This document shows positions 18,161 through 27,772 of a stretch of 29,604 bases of DNA, one piece after another. Position numbers and translations under genes: made by a program. The stretch lies in NCBI GenBank assembly GCA_050506795.1, contig JBJHCF010000049.1, positions 1 through 29,604 on the forward strand. The letters are read 5' to 3'. The DNA comes from Opitutia bacterium. Lineage in GTDB: Bacteria; Verrucomicrobiota; Verrucomicrobiia; Opitutales; T3Sed10-336. Below the pieces are notes generated by a model. That model searched no databases. It was not told where the DNA came from and was given only the letters and a program-made list of their open reading frames with translations. Within the stretch, counting starts at the first letter, position 1. The number at the start of each line of letters is the position of its first letter.

Positions 18161-20134
18161 TCACCAGAAAATAAAGTAGAGGATCACGGTCAGGATCACC
18201 ACTCCGAAGCCGCATACCAGGGCTCCTTTGGAAGGCGTCACATCCATGGCTTCGTTGACGGGCAGAACGACCGGTTTGCGCAAGGGATAGAAAATCGTCA
18301 TCACGGTACAGAAAAGCACCACAATGATGAAGCACAGTCCCATTCGATCGAGGAATGACATGGTATCCGAGAACCAGTAACCGTTGGCCACCATCCAATC
18401 CCCCAGGAACCATTTAAACGATCCGTAAAGGATCACATTGAGCACGATGCCCATCCAGCCCAGGAACCGCGGCGCCCTATGCACCAGCAGACCGAAAAAG
18501 AACACGGTCAGAATCCCTGGACTGATGAATCCCTGAAACTCCTGGATGAATGTGAAAATGCCACCAAAGTGCGGGCTCGCCAGCATCGGCGCGATAATGG
18601 CGGCGATCACCACAAAAATCACCACGAAAGTCCGTCCCGCCATCACCAGCGCCGGTTGGCTGGCCTCTTTGAAGAGGCGATTGAAGATATCCATGGTGGC
18701 GATGGTCGACGCCGAGTTCAGCATCGCCGCCAGCGAACTCACGACCGCACCAAAGATCGCGGCGAGCACAAACCAGGACAACCACGGCTTGTCCTTGACC
18801 AGCATCCGCAGTAGCACGGCGAAGGTGAAATCGTAATCGTAACCCGTCAGTTGGGAACTGCGCAGGGTGCGATCCGAGGCCCGGGCCTCGGCCGCACCGG
18901 CCTCCACCAGGGCCCATAGCTCGGCCGGATCGGGTTCCCCGACGATTTCCGGAGGGCTCTGGTCAGCCAGGGAGAAATTGTGCTCGATCACCCGGCGGGT
19001 CGTATCGGGCTGAAGCTCGGCGAAATGGTAGGTCACGGTGAGCACCCGTCGCTCGCCGGATTCCATCTGCGCGATATGAACCGCATTCCGGCCCTGGGCG
19101 GCCTCGTGAAGCTGGTCGGAGAACAGGTTGAAGGCGAGGATGCCGGGTATCACCACCGCAAACGGAATTAAAAGCTTGAGGAACGCCGCCAGGACAATTC
19201 CCTTTTGACCCTCGGCCACCGATTTAGCCGCCAGCGAACGCTGCATGATGTACTGGTTGAGTCCCCAGTAGAAAAAGTTCGGAATCCACAATCCCAGCAA
19301 AAGGACGGTCCAGGGAATCTCCGGATCATCCATCGGCCGCACCATATTCAATTTGCCGCCGGAGGTGTTGGGGCCGGTGCGCGGTTCCCCGTCGTTGAGC
19401 AAAATGAATCTCTCCCAGGGCCCGGCCGCCTCGATTTGTTCCACCGTGGCGGTTGACGTGTCCACCTGGGTGCGAATCAGCTCCTCGGCCGGCGCCTGGC
19501 CGAGAAGATTAAAGGCCAGGAACATCACAATGAAACCGCTGACGATCAGCGATGATCCCCAGACCAGGTCGGTCCAGGCGCAGGCTTTAAGGCCTCCGAT
19601 AAAGACGTAAACCGACGCCGTGATCGCGATCAACCAGCAGGCCACTCCGAGGCTGCCGAGAAAGGGAACGTCCGGATAATAACCGGAAACCACCGTCGCC
19701 CCGGAATAGATCACCGCCGCGGTGGGCACCCCCACCAAAATAACCAGGGTCGCCACCGCCATCACAAACCGTGAGAACGGGCCGTAACGGTACTCGAGGA
19801 ACTCCGGAATAGTATAGATACCCGCCTTAAGGAACTTGGGCAGGAATACAAACGCGACCACCACCAGCGTGATGGCCGCCATCCACTCGTAGGAGGCGAT
19901 CGCCATACCGAGCCAGTCGGAGGCTTTGCCGGACATGCCGACAAACTGCTCGGTGGATATGTTGGCCGCGATCAGCGAGAATCCGACCAGCCAAAACGTC
20001 AGACCCCGCCCCGCGAGGAAATATCCCGAGGCATTGGGGGAATCGCCTCCGGTCCCCCGCTTGCTTTGCCAAATACCGAGACCGACAACCGATATAATCG
20101 CGGCCAGAAAGAGAGTGATCTCCAGTGCGTGCAT
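18161..20134 (-). CDS. sodium/solute (sugar) symporter, SSS family
   Basis: YFLAGRGL, SLIAANISTEQFVGMSG, TIPEFLEYRY, FFYWGLNQYIMQR and FTFIQEFQGFISPG, with many TM helices. The likely start is ATG 20134; the track start is 20179. Confidence 0.95.
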   Translation of the reverse strand: MHALEITLFLAAIISVVGLGIWQSKRGTGGDSPNASGYFLAGRGLTFWLVGFSLIAANISTEQFVGMSGKASDWLGMAIASYEWMAAITLVVVAFVFLPKFLKAGIYTIPEFLEYRYGPFSRFVMAVATLVILVGVPTAAVIYSGATVVSGYYPDVPFLGSLGVACWLIAITASVYVFIGGLKACAWTDLVWGSSLIVSGFIVMFLAFNLLGQAPAEELIRTQVDTSTATVEQIEAAGPWERFILLNDGEPRTGPNTSGGKLNMVRPMDDPEIPWTVLLLGLWIPNFFYWGLNQYIMQRSLAAKSVAEGQKGIVLAAFLKLLIPFAVVIPGILAFNLFSDQLHEAAQGRNAVHIAQMESGERRVLTVTYHFAELQPDTTRRVIEHNFSLADQSPPEIVGEPDPAELWALVEAGAAEARASDRTLRSSQLTGYDYDFTFAVLLRMLVKDKPWLSWFVLAAIFGAVVSSLAAMLNSASTIATMDIFNRLFKEASQPALVMAGRTFVVIFVVIAAIIAPMLASPHFGGIFTFIQEFQGFISPGILTVFFFGLLVHRAPRFLGWMGIVLNVILYGSFKWFLGDWMVANGYWFSDTMSFLDRMGLCFIIVVLFCTVMTIFYPLRKPVVLPVNEAMDVTPSKGALVCGFGVVILTVILYFIFW

Positions 20135-20488
20135 AAGGTGTTGGCTCGATACGATTCGGAAAATATATACCTTTGGCAATGCATTTCAGCCAGGAAACAG
20201 CAAACTTGTTGGCAGGCATTAGAACCGGTCGCGAAACCACTCACCACGCCGACGCAGCAACCGGTTCTGGAACTGGGTCCCGTTGAATTGGCGGCGGCTC
20301 AGATTCCGGCCGGCTGAGGCAATCCCGGACCGGTCGGCCGGCACGGTGAGTCATTCGCACCCGGTCGTCCGCTTGACAATTCGGCCTGGAAAGGGGATAC
20401 GTTCCAGGTAAATCACCATCGTTAACGCCTGACGGCTCCCTGATTTATACCTCCCGCCTCCAATGGACCGCCGGGATACGTTTTCTCT

Positions 20489-23400
20489 ATGCCAACACGT
20501 CTATTTGCTTTCCTCGCAGCCGTTCTATTGTCCACCTCATTCGCGTCAGGCAGCGGCGTCTCCATCACAATCGAAGACCCTTCCTTTGAGGATGCAACGT
20601 TCGGGTCTAACCCGTGGACCCACACCATCACCCCGTGGGAGGAAACGGACGGTCCCGGGAGCACAGGGGCCTTCAAGGAGAGAATCAGCGGTTTTTCGGC
20701 CGACGGATTGAACCACCTCGGTCTGGTCAACGGACACCTGGTTTGGCAGGATCTGGAGGCCGCCTACCAACCCGAAACCCGGTACACACTGACCGTCGCG
20801 GTCGGGCATCGGCCGGGATACAACAGTTCCGGCGGCGAGGCATTATTCCGCCTGGCAACTCCGGCCGGCTCCATTCTGGCGGAAGGTTCCTTCGATGCGT
20901 CGACCATCGACGGAAATGAGTTCATCGACCAGAGCATCACCTTTGAGACCCCCTCCGTGCCCGAGGCGCATGGAGAAACCATCCGGATCGTTTTAACCGG
21001 CTCCGGCCCGCAACGGAGTCATTTCGACCACATTCGCCTGCAGGCGCAAGCGCTCCTGCCGCCCGAGATTCCCGAACTGGGCCCGCTTTCCGCCGAAGCG
21101 CTTTCGTCCTCTGCGCTCGCCATTACCGGTGAAGTGGTTTTCAGCGGCCACCAGACTCCGGAAGTCGTTGTGGTTTACGGCGAATCCGACGGCGGCACGG
21201 ACCGGTCGGCATGGGAATCCGAACAGAGCCTCGGGCCGCGTTCGGGTGTTTTTAGCGCATTTATCGAGGGACTCCAGGCGGAAACCACCTACTACTACCG
21301 GGCGTTCGGGGAAAATTCCGCCGGTGTCGCCTGGGCGCCGGCCAGCGGCGCGATCACCACGGCACCGGCGCAGCCGGCGCGGGCGGTGATCAATGAATTC
21401 CATTACAAACCGTACGACAAGAACGTCCTGGAGGAATTCATCGAGCTGTATAACCCCGGCGACGAAGACCTGGACCTCTCCGGCTGGCAAATTGACGACG
21501 CCGTCGGGTACACCTTCCCGCAGGGAGCGATCCTGCCCGCGGGCGGTTATGTCGTCGTGGGCGAAGACCCGCCGACCCTCCTGGACGTCTACGGTGTGGA
21601 AGCGTTCGGCCCCTGGAGCGGATCCCTTTCGTCGGACGGAGAATCCATCCAACTCCTGGATGCCGACGGCGTCATTCACAACCGGGTCGACTACGACGCC
21701 GGCTTCCCCTGGCCCACCATGTCCGACGGGGAAGGTTCCTCGGTGGAACTCCTGCACCCGGACCTGGACAACACCCATCCGGCCTCCTGGCGGGCTTCCG
21801 GCTTTACGGTTTCGGGCGGCGGCGCCATCGGATCGCCGACACCCGGATCGGTCAATTCGGTCCACATCGCATTCGGCGCCGTGCCGCCCGCCATCGACCG
21901 GGTCGCGCACCACCCGTTGGAACCGCGCCCGGACGAACCGGTCGCGGTATCGGCCCGCATTCTTTCCCACTCGCCCATCGAGGCCGTGACGCTCACCTAC
22001 CAGGTGGTTGACCCGGGATCCTATATCCGAGTCACCGATACCGAGTACGCGACTCAGTGGACGGAGCTTTCGATGCAGGCCGATGAAACGGCCGGTCCGG
22101 GAATCTACGTCGTGGAGCTGCCGGCGGAACTGCAGGAACACCGGCGGCTGGTGCGGTATCGGATCACCGCCGAAGACGTCGCCGGCAACCGGCAGACCGT
22201 TCCCTACGCCGACGACGAGCAGCCGAACTTCGCCTACTATGTCTACGACGTCATGCCCGACTGGCAGGGAGCGTTCGAGCCTGGAAACACCTCCCCGGTC
22301 ACCTATTCCCGCGAATTTCTGGAAACCCTGCCGGTGTACACCCTGATCGCGGCCGATCAGGACGTCATCAATTCCCAATACAACGGTTCCTACGACAGCC
22401 ACCGGTTTCGCGGCACCTTCGTTTACAACGGCGTGGTCTACGACCACATCGAATTCCGCAACCGGGGCCAGGCATCGACCTACGTTGCCGGAAAAAACAA
22501 ATGGCGTATTCATTTCAATACCTCGCGCCGCGGTGTTTTCAGCAAAATCGACGGCGACCTTTACCAGGAGGATTGGGGCATTCTCACCATCAACGCCGCG
22601 GCCAGTCCCTGGGCCGCCCTCAATCGTGGTATCGCCGGGGTCGACGAAATGCTTCCATACGAGCTCTACCGGCTGGCCGGTGTCCTTTCCCCACACACCC
22701 ACTACTTCCACTTCCGAGTGGTACGAAACGCCGAGGAGGCGCCGCCGCCCGGCACCGAACACAGCGACAGCCTGGGCACCGCCGACGGACAGTACCTCAG
22801 TGACTTCTGGGGACTCTATTACGCGATCGAACCGATTCGTGGTCCCTTCATTCGTGAACGCGATCTTCCCAAAGGCAGCATTTACCAAATCGAGGGCGGC
22901 GGAACCGACAAAGAATACCAGGGAATCGGGCAGCCCTCGGATTTGTCGGATTGGCATGCGTTACGCAACTCGGTCAACTCGTCGCCTCCCCTCGAATGGT
23001 GGGAAACCCATTTCGACCTGGAATCCTTTTACACCTTTCACGCCCTAAATCGCCTCCTCGGCAACGTCGACCTCCGGGCCGAACACAACTACCACCTGTA
23101 CCACCGCCCGGACGGCCGATGGTTCGTAATCCCCTGGGATCTGGATATGATGTTTATCGCCAAGAGCCACTGGACCGCCTCCATTGGCGGCACCAGTTAT
23201 CCCGGGGTCACCATATTTCACCGACTGCTTCTTGATCACCCGAATTTCGCTCTGGAGTACCGCAACCGGGCCAGGGAGATCCTCGACCTGGTGGCGGAGG
23301 ACGGGAGTCGCGACGGCGGGCAGATCGGAACGCTGATTTCTTATTTCGCGGACATCGTGGCTCCCGAGGGCACCGCCATCAACTGGGCCAACGCCGACGC

Positions 23401-25885
23401 GGCCATGTGGAATCTCCATCCCCGCACGCGAGGAACCCTGGGCAACGCCAGCGGGCAGACCAATCACCGCGGGAATTTTTTCCGGTCGCCGTTCACCGAC
23501 GATCGTTTTGACGGAAACTGGATCCGCTGGCTCCGGTCCCCGAATTTCGAAGGTCACGGAAACCATGCCGATTTTATGGATTACCTCCGCGATTACGTCA
23601 CCGACACCTGGCCGGGGGGCACCTGGTCGGTAAGCAACGGCGACCAGCGCGGCTACGGCTACCAATATCTCGCTTTGGAAGCGGCGGATCCGGCCATCCC
23701 CGATCGCCCCGTGATCACCTATACCGGCGGAGCCGATTTTCCCGCCGACGATCTCCACTTTTCCGTTTCGGACTTTGCCGACCCCCAGGGGGCCCAGGCC
23801 TATGCCGGAACCGCCTGGCGCATCGCGGAGGTCGGGCGATCGGATCCCACTGAAACGCCGGCCTATGAAATCCAGGCCGTCTGGGAGTCGGGAACGTTGA
23901 CCACCAACACTCCGATGGCGGTTCCCCCGGACACGGTGCACCCCGGGCGAACCTACCGGGCGCGGGTCCGCCACCTGAACGACACCGGACGTTGGAGTCA
24001 CTGGTCCGAGCCGCTGGAATTCGTAGCCGGCGAACCGCTGCCGGCGACACTCATCCATTACTGGAATTTCAACGACACCGCCAATTTGCTCGAACCGACC
24101 CACACGCTCACCGGCGGTTCCCTGGACGCTCTTCCAGGGGCGGTCACGGAGTTTACCCATGCCACCGGACAGGATTTCAGCGCCGAAAACGCCCGCTTCG
24201 GCGATCCCGCCGGCAGCCATTTCCGGGTCAACGATCCGCTGGGGGCGGTATTGACCTTTCACCTGCCCACCGTCGGTTACCAAAACCCGGTGCTGAGATT
24301 CGAAACCCGCCGCTCCGGTCAGGGCGCCGGCACCCAGGTGCTGACCTACACCCTCGACGGAGAACAATTCCAGGAGTTCACGCGCTACCCGGTATTCAAC
24401 GATCCGCCGGTGCGGAAAACCTTTGATTTTTCGTCCGTGGCGGAAGCGGCGGACAATGCCGACTTCGCCGTACGCATCACCTTCCTGATAGACGACGGGG
24501 GAACCTCAGGCAACAATCGTTTCGACAACGTCACGCTCGACGGCAAACCACTTGAGGGAACCCAACCGCCCCCGATCGTCAACGGACCGGTTGCCACCGT
24601 CTTTCTGATCTCCGACGGAGAAGCCGCGGAAATTGACCTTGACGCCGTGTTCACGGTTCATGGAAACGAACCCCCAACCTACACCCACGAAAACGCTCAT
24701 CCGCAAGCCGCCGATGCGACCATCAACGGGTCCACACTCAGCCTGTCCGGCCGGGCCGCCGGTGAGGCGGAGGTCACTGTATCCGTCGACGACGGACACA
24801 ACCCGCCGGTCGCGACCGTGATCCGCGTTCTCGTTTATCCCCCCGCCCACCCGTTGGCCGATTTGACTTTTCGTTTCCATTCCTGGGACCCGGACACCCC
24901 GGAACGCGCCTACCCGGCGAACATGATATTCTTGCAGAGCGAAATCAACGATCCCGGCCCGGACACCCCGCTGGACCGCGCCTACCACATCCCGGAGAAC
25001 GACTATGCGAGCGGGGACACGATCAATTTTCCCTACAACAACCAATCCCGTACCCGGATCAACGGGCTGGGCGAGGACGGTATTTCCTTCATCAATACGG
25101 GCCGCGGACGCGATGTGGGCGCCGCCCTGGCGGCGGTCGACACCCGAAATATCGACAGCGCCCGGCTGGGATTCATCGCGGGAACGGTCACTCCCAACAG
25201 CCGCGTCTACGCCCTGAGCCTCCAATACCGGACGGGCGCCGAGGGACCGTTCGAGGATTTCCTGACCGAAGCGGGACAACCCGTGACGTACCTGCGTTCG
25301 GAAACCGCCGGGGACACCGCCACCTTTGGACCGATCGATCTGCCGGCGCATCTATTGGGTCACGAGCACCTTCAGTTGTCCTGGCGTTATCATCACGTCG
25401 ACGGCGACAGCGGCCCGCGGGCGGAACTGCGGCTCGATGACATCGTGATCGCGGCCGATCCCGGACCGGAAGACGGGTTCGAAGCCTGGCGCCGAAACAC
25501 GTTTCCCGAATGGAACGATTTCGCCGACGACCGGGTTTCGGGTCCGCTGGCCACGGCGCGTGGACAAGGGGTGTCACACCTTTTCCGTTACGCCTCAGGT
25601 CTCGAACTGGAGGAAAACGCCATGGGCCTCCTGCCCTATCTGGAGCGCGCTCCCGACGGCGCCGGGCGCTTCCTTTTCCCGTATGACCCGGAAAAAACCG
25701 ATCTCGGCTGGCGGGTGGAGGGATCCACGGACCTGGACGACTGGTCCGAAATCCTTTTTGATTCGAGCACCGACCCCGCTCCCGATTTCGAGAACGGCTG
25801 GGCGGTGATTACTCTGCCGGAAAACGATGCAGGCGACGGCGAGTTGCTCCGGCAATTTCTGCGCCTGAGCATCCGGCTCAAGTAA
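20489..25885 (+). CDS. secreted CotH-kinase-family protein with lamin-tail, Fn3/Ig-like and jelly-roll domains and a Verrucomicrobia-type C-terminal domain
   Basis: Signal peptide; lamin-tail domain AVINEFHY...EFIELYNPG..DLSGW; CotH motifs FRNRG..S, KNKWRIHF, HNYHLY and IPWDLDMMF; Fn3-like TTYYYRAFGEN and TYRARVRH...WSHWS. Confidence 0.9.
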   Translation: MPTRLFAFLAAVLLSTSFASGSGVSITIEDPSFEDATFGSNPWTHTITPWEETDGPGSTGAFKERISGFSADGLNHLGLVNGHLVWQDLEAAYQPETRYTLTVAVGHRPGYNSSGGEALFRLATPAGSILAEGSFDASTIDGNEFIDQSITFETPSVPEAHGETIRIVLTGSGPQRSHFDHIRLQAQALLPPEIPELGPLSAEALSSSALAITGEVVFSGHQTPEVVVVYGESDGGTDRSAWESEQSLGPRSGVFSAFIEGLQAETTYYYRAFGENSAGVAWAPASGAITTAPAQPARAVINEFHYKPYDKNVLEEFIELYNPGDEDLDLSGWQIDDAVGYTFPQGAILPAGGYVVVGEDPPTLLDVYGVEAFGPWSGSLSSDGESIQLLDADGVIHNRVDYDAGFPWPTMSDGEGSSVELLHPDLDNTHPASWRASGFTVSGGGAIGSPTPGSVNSVHIAFGAVPPAIDRVAHHPLEPRPDEPVAVSARILSHSPIEAVTLTYQVVDPGSYIRVTDTEYATQWTELSMQADETAGPGIYVVELPAELQEHRRLVRYRITAEDVAGNRQTVPYADDEQPNFAYYVYDVMPDWQGAFEPGNTSPVTYSREFLETLPVYTLIAADQDVINSQYNGSYDSHRFRGTFVYNGVVYDHIEFRNRGQASTYVAGKNKWRIHFNTSRRGVFSKIDGDLYQEDWGILTINAAASPWAALNRGIAGVDEMLPYELYRLAGVLSPHTHYFHFRVVRNAEEAPPPGTEHSDSLGTADGQYLSDFWGLYYAIEPIRGPFIRERDLPKGSIYQIEGGGTDKEYQGIGQPSDLSDWHALRNSVNSSPPLEWWETHFDLESFYTFHALNRLLGNVDLRAEHNYHLYHRPDGRWFVIPWDLDMMFIAKSHWTASIGGTSYPGVTIFHRLLLDHPNFALEYRNRAREILDLVAEDGSRDGGQIGTLISYFADIVAPEGTAINWANADAAMWNLHPRTRGTLGNASGQTNHRGNFFRSPFTDDRFDGNWIRWLRSPNFEGHGNHADFMDYLRDYVTDTWPGGTWSVSNGDQRGYGYQYLALEAADPAIPDRPVITYTGGADFPADDLHFSVSDFADPQGAQAYAGTAWRIAEVGRSDPTETPAYEIQAVWESGTLTTNTPMAVPPDTVHPGRTYRARVRHLNDTGRWSHWSEPLEFVAGEPLPATLIHYWNFNDTANLLEPTHTLTGGSLDALPGAVTEFTHATGQDFSAENARFGDPAGSHFRVNDPLGAVLTFHLPTVGYQNPVLRFETRRSGQGAGTQVLTYTLDGEQFQEFTRYPVFNDPPVRKTFDFSSVAEAADNADFAVRITFLIDDGGTSGNNRFDNVTLDGKPLEGTQPPPIVNGPVATVFLISDGEAAEIDLDAVFTVHGNEPPTYTHENAHPQAADATINGSTLSLSGRAAGEAEVTVSVDDGHNPPVATVIRVLVYPPAHPLADLTFRFHSWDPDTPERAYPANMIFLQSEINDPGPDTPLDRAYHIPENDYASGDTINFPYNNQSRTRINGLGEDGISFINTGRGRDVGAALAAVDTRNIDSARLGFIAGTVTPNSRVYALSLQYRTGAEGPFEDFLTEAGQPVTYLRSETAGDTATFGPIDLPAHLLGHEHLQLSWRYHHVDGDSGPRAELRLDDIVIAADPGPEDGFEAWRRNTFPEWNDFADDRVSGPLATARGQGVSHLFRYASGLELEENAMGLLPYLERAPDGAGRFLFPYDPEKTDLGWRVEGSTDLDDWSEILFDSSTDPAPDFENGWAVITLPENDAGDGELLRQFLRLSIRLK

Positions 25886-25906
25886 TCGTTAATCGGCAAC
25901 CCACCA

Positions 25907-27265
25907 TCAATAATAGCCGCCGCCGGATTTTTCGATCAGCGGGACCATGACGCCGTTGCGGAACAGGGTGACCTGGCCGGTGCTGGAGGAAACCACGACG
26001 GAAATGCAACGGGTGCCGAGGGAAATGGCCGAGGCGGCAGCGTGGCGCGCCCCAAGGCCGCTGGGGAGCGAATGATAATAATCCGGGGCGTGAATCAGGG
26101 ATCCGGAGGAAACCACCACCCCGTCGCCGCGAATTATGAACGCGCCGTCGAGAGAGGAGAACTCCTTGATGGTTTCATCCATGAACGGGTTCATGATATT
26201 CCGGTCCTCCTCCTTGTATCCGAAGAACGGATTCATCACCAGGGGTTTCGTCATTTTCTCCACCTTCGCGGTGTCCCCCAGAATAAAAAGGCAACCCACC
26301 GGACGCCCCTCGCGTCCCTCCACGGCGAGTTCGGTGGCGACCGCCAACACCCGTTCCAGGACTTCCGGCTTGACGTCTTCCGGCAGAATATCGGCCTGTT
26401 CGTTGAAGAGGATCTGAAACTCCCTTTCAACGTCAACGACCACGACGGTGTCGAATTGGTTGCTACCGGGAATACCGCCCACACAGCAGAGGCGATCAGT
26501 GAAACCGACCACGCCGCGGGTGAGCCCGACCAGCACCGCGCTTCGAAGCTGGGCCAAACGGTGACGCGAAAACGAGCGCACCTGAATAGTGGCCACGATG
26601 CGTTTGCTTTCGACGGTAAGGTCCGACGAGGTGCGGGTGACCAGAATGGTCTTGTATTCCGGGAAAAACTTGGGCACCTCCAGTCCGCTGGTCATGGTAT
26701 CGGCGAAAATCAACAGCGTGGAGCAGCGCGCTCCCCGGGCAATTTTCTCGGCTTCGCGGAAGATGAGACGGTTGACCCGGCTTTGCTGCGCCTGTACCGG
26801 CTGGGACAGCGCCCCTCCGAAACCCAGATAAACCTTCTCGAAAAGCGCGTCCAGGCCGGGAGCTTCGATCAGGGAGTTGACGAAATCCTTATCCTTTACC
26901 AGGCGGGCGATCGAGGCCAGGACCTTGAGGTAGTCGCGTTCGTTTTCGTTGGCGATCAGCAGAAAAACCAGGTGGATATCCTCGTGTTCCTTGAGGCCGT
27001 CGTAATCGATTCCACGCTGGCTGCGACCGACGGCAAAAACAAACCGGCGAGGCATCTTGATGCGGATGTGCGGAAGAGCCACCCCGTTGCCCAGATAAGT
27101 GGTCATGGACTTCTCCCGCTCCATCAACGCGTTGAACAGCGAGTTCTTGTTGAGGTCCTTAAAACGGCTGACGGAAACCGACAATAATTCCTTAAGCGCC
27201 CCCTTAAGATCAGCGCTTTCCAGATCAATCACCCTGCTCCGGGCAACAAACTTATCTAACCGCAT
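25907..27265 (-). CDS. diadenylate cyclase (DisA_N/DAC, DacZ-like) with N-terminal PTS EIIA-2 domain
   Basis: EIIA: EREKSMTTYLGNGVALPHIR with the phospho-His retained. DAC: EGREGRPVG, IKEFSSLDGAFII, GLGARHAAA and VVSSSTG. The likely start is ATG 27265. Confidence 0.9.
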   Translation of the reverse strand: MRLDKFVARSRVIDLESADLKGALKELLSVSVSRFKDLNKNSLFNALMEREKSMTTYLGNGVALPHIRIKMPRRFVFAVGRSQRGIDYDGLKEHEDIHLVFLLIANENERDYLKVLASIARLVKDKDFVNSLIEAPGLDALFEKVYLGFGGALSQPVQAQQSRVNRLIFREAEKIARGARCSTLLIFADTMTSGLEVPKFFPEYKTILVTRTSSDLTVESKRIVATIQVRSFSRHRLAQLRSAVLVGLTRGVVGFTDRLCCVGGIPGSNQFDTVVVVDVEREFQILFNEQADILPEDVKPEVLERVLAVATELAVEGREGRPVGCLFILGDTAKVEKMTKPLVMNPFFGYKEEDRNIMNPFMDETIKEFSSLDGAFIIRGDGVVVSSGSLIHAPDYYHSLPSGLGARHAAASAISLGTRCISVVVSSSTGQVTLFRNGVMVPLIEKSGGGYY

Positions 27266-27338
27266 AGCCACCAGTGGATTAAAAAACACCCACCGGCGGA
27301 ACTGGCAAGCCGGAAATATTTTCCGGTATCAAATTGCA

Positions 27339-27725
27339 CTACTTTTCCCACTCCAGGGCGCCTTTCTTAAATTCGTAAAGCAACCCAACCACCAGGACAC
27401 CGAGGAAAAACAATACCGGGGTGAGGATAGGTATGCCCGCCGCGAGGAAATCGCGAAACACCAGGACCCAAGGTATGAGAAAGACAATCTCGATATCGAA
27501 GAGGATAAAAAGCATCGCCACCAAATAGAACTTGATGGAAAAACGCATCGCCGTGCGCCCTTCCGACGGGATTCCGCATTCATAGGCGGTGTCACGCCCC
27601 GGAGCGCTTCGTCCACGCTGCCCGAAGATCGTGCTCACCACGAGAATCACCGCGGCCAATCCCGCCGCCATAATGATCTGCACCAAAATCGGCGCGTAAT
27701 CGACCAGTCCGTCTTGCATACCCAT
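27339..27725 (-). CDS. nuoA: NADH-quinone oxidoreductase subunit A
   Basis: AYECG, RFSIKFYLVAMLFILFDIEIVFL and YEFKKGALEW, with three TM helices. Confidence 0.96.
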   Translation of the reverse strand: MGMQDGLVDYAPILVQIIMAAGLAAVILVVSTIFGQRGRSAPGRDTAYECGIPSEGRTAMRFSIKFYLVAMLFILFDIEIVFLIPWVLVFRDFLAAGIPILTPVLFFLGVLVVGLLYEFKKGALEWEK

Positions 27726-27772
27726 TTGCAGACAGCAGAAGTCGCGGTTCGTTTTTTTTCAATCCAAAACCT

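Noticed and set aside
20993..24367. 654-aa and 440-aa minus-strand ORFs
   Set aside because: Antisense shadows of the CotH gene, as expected in high-GC coding DNA.
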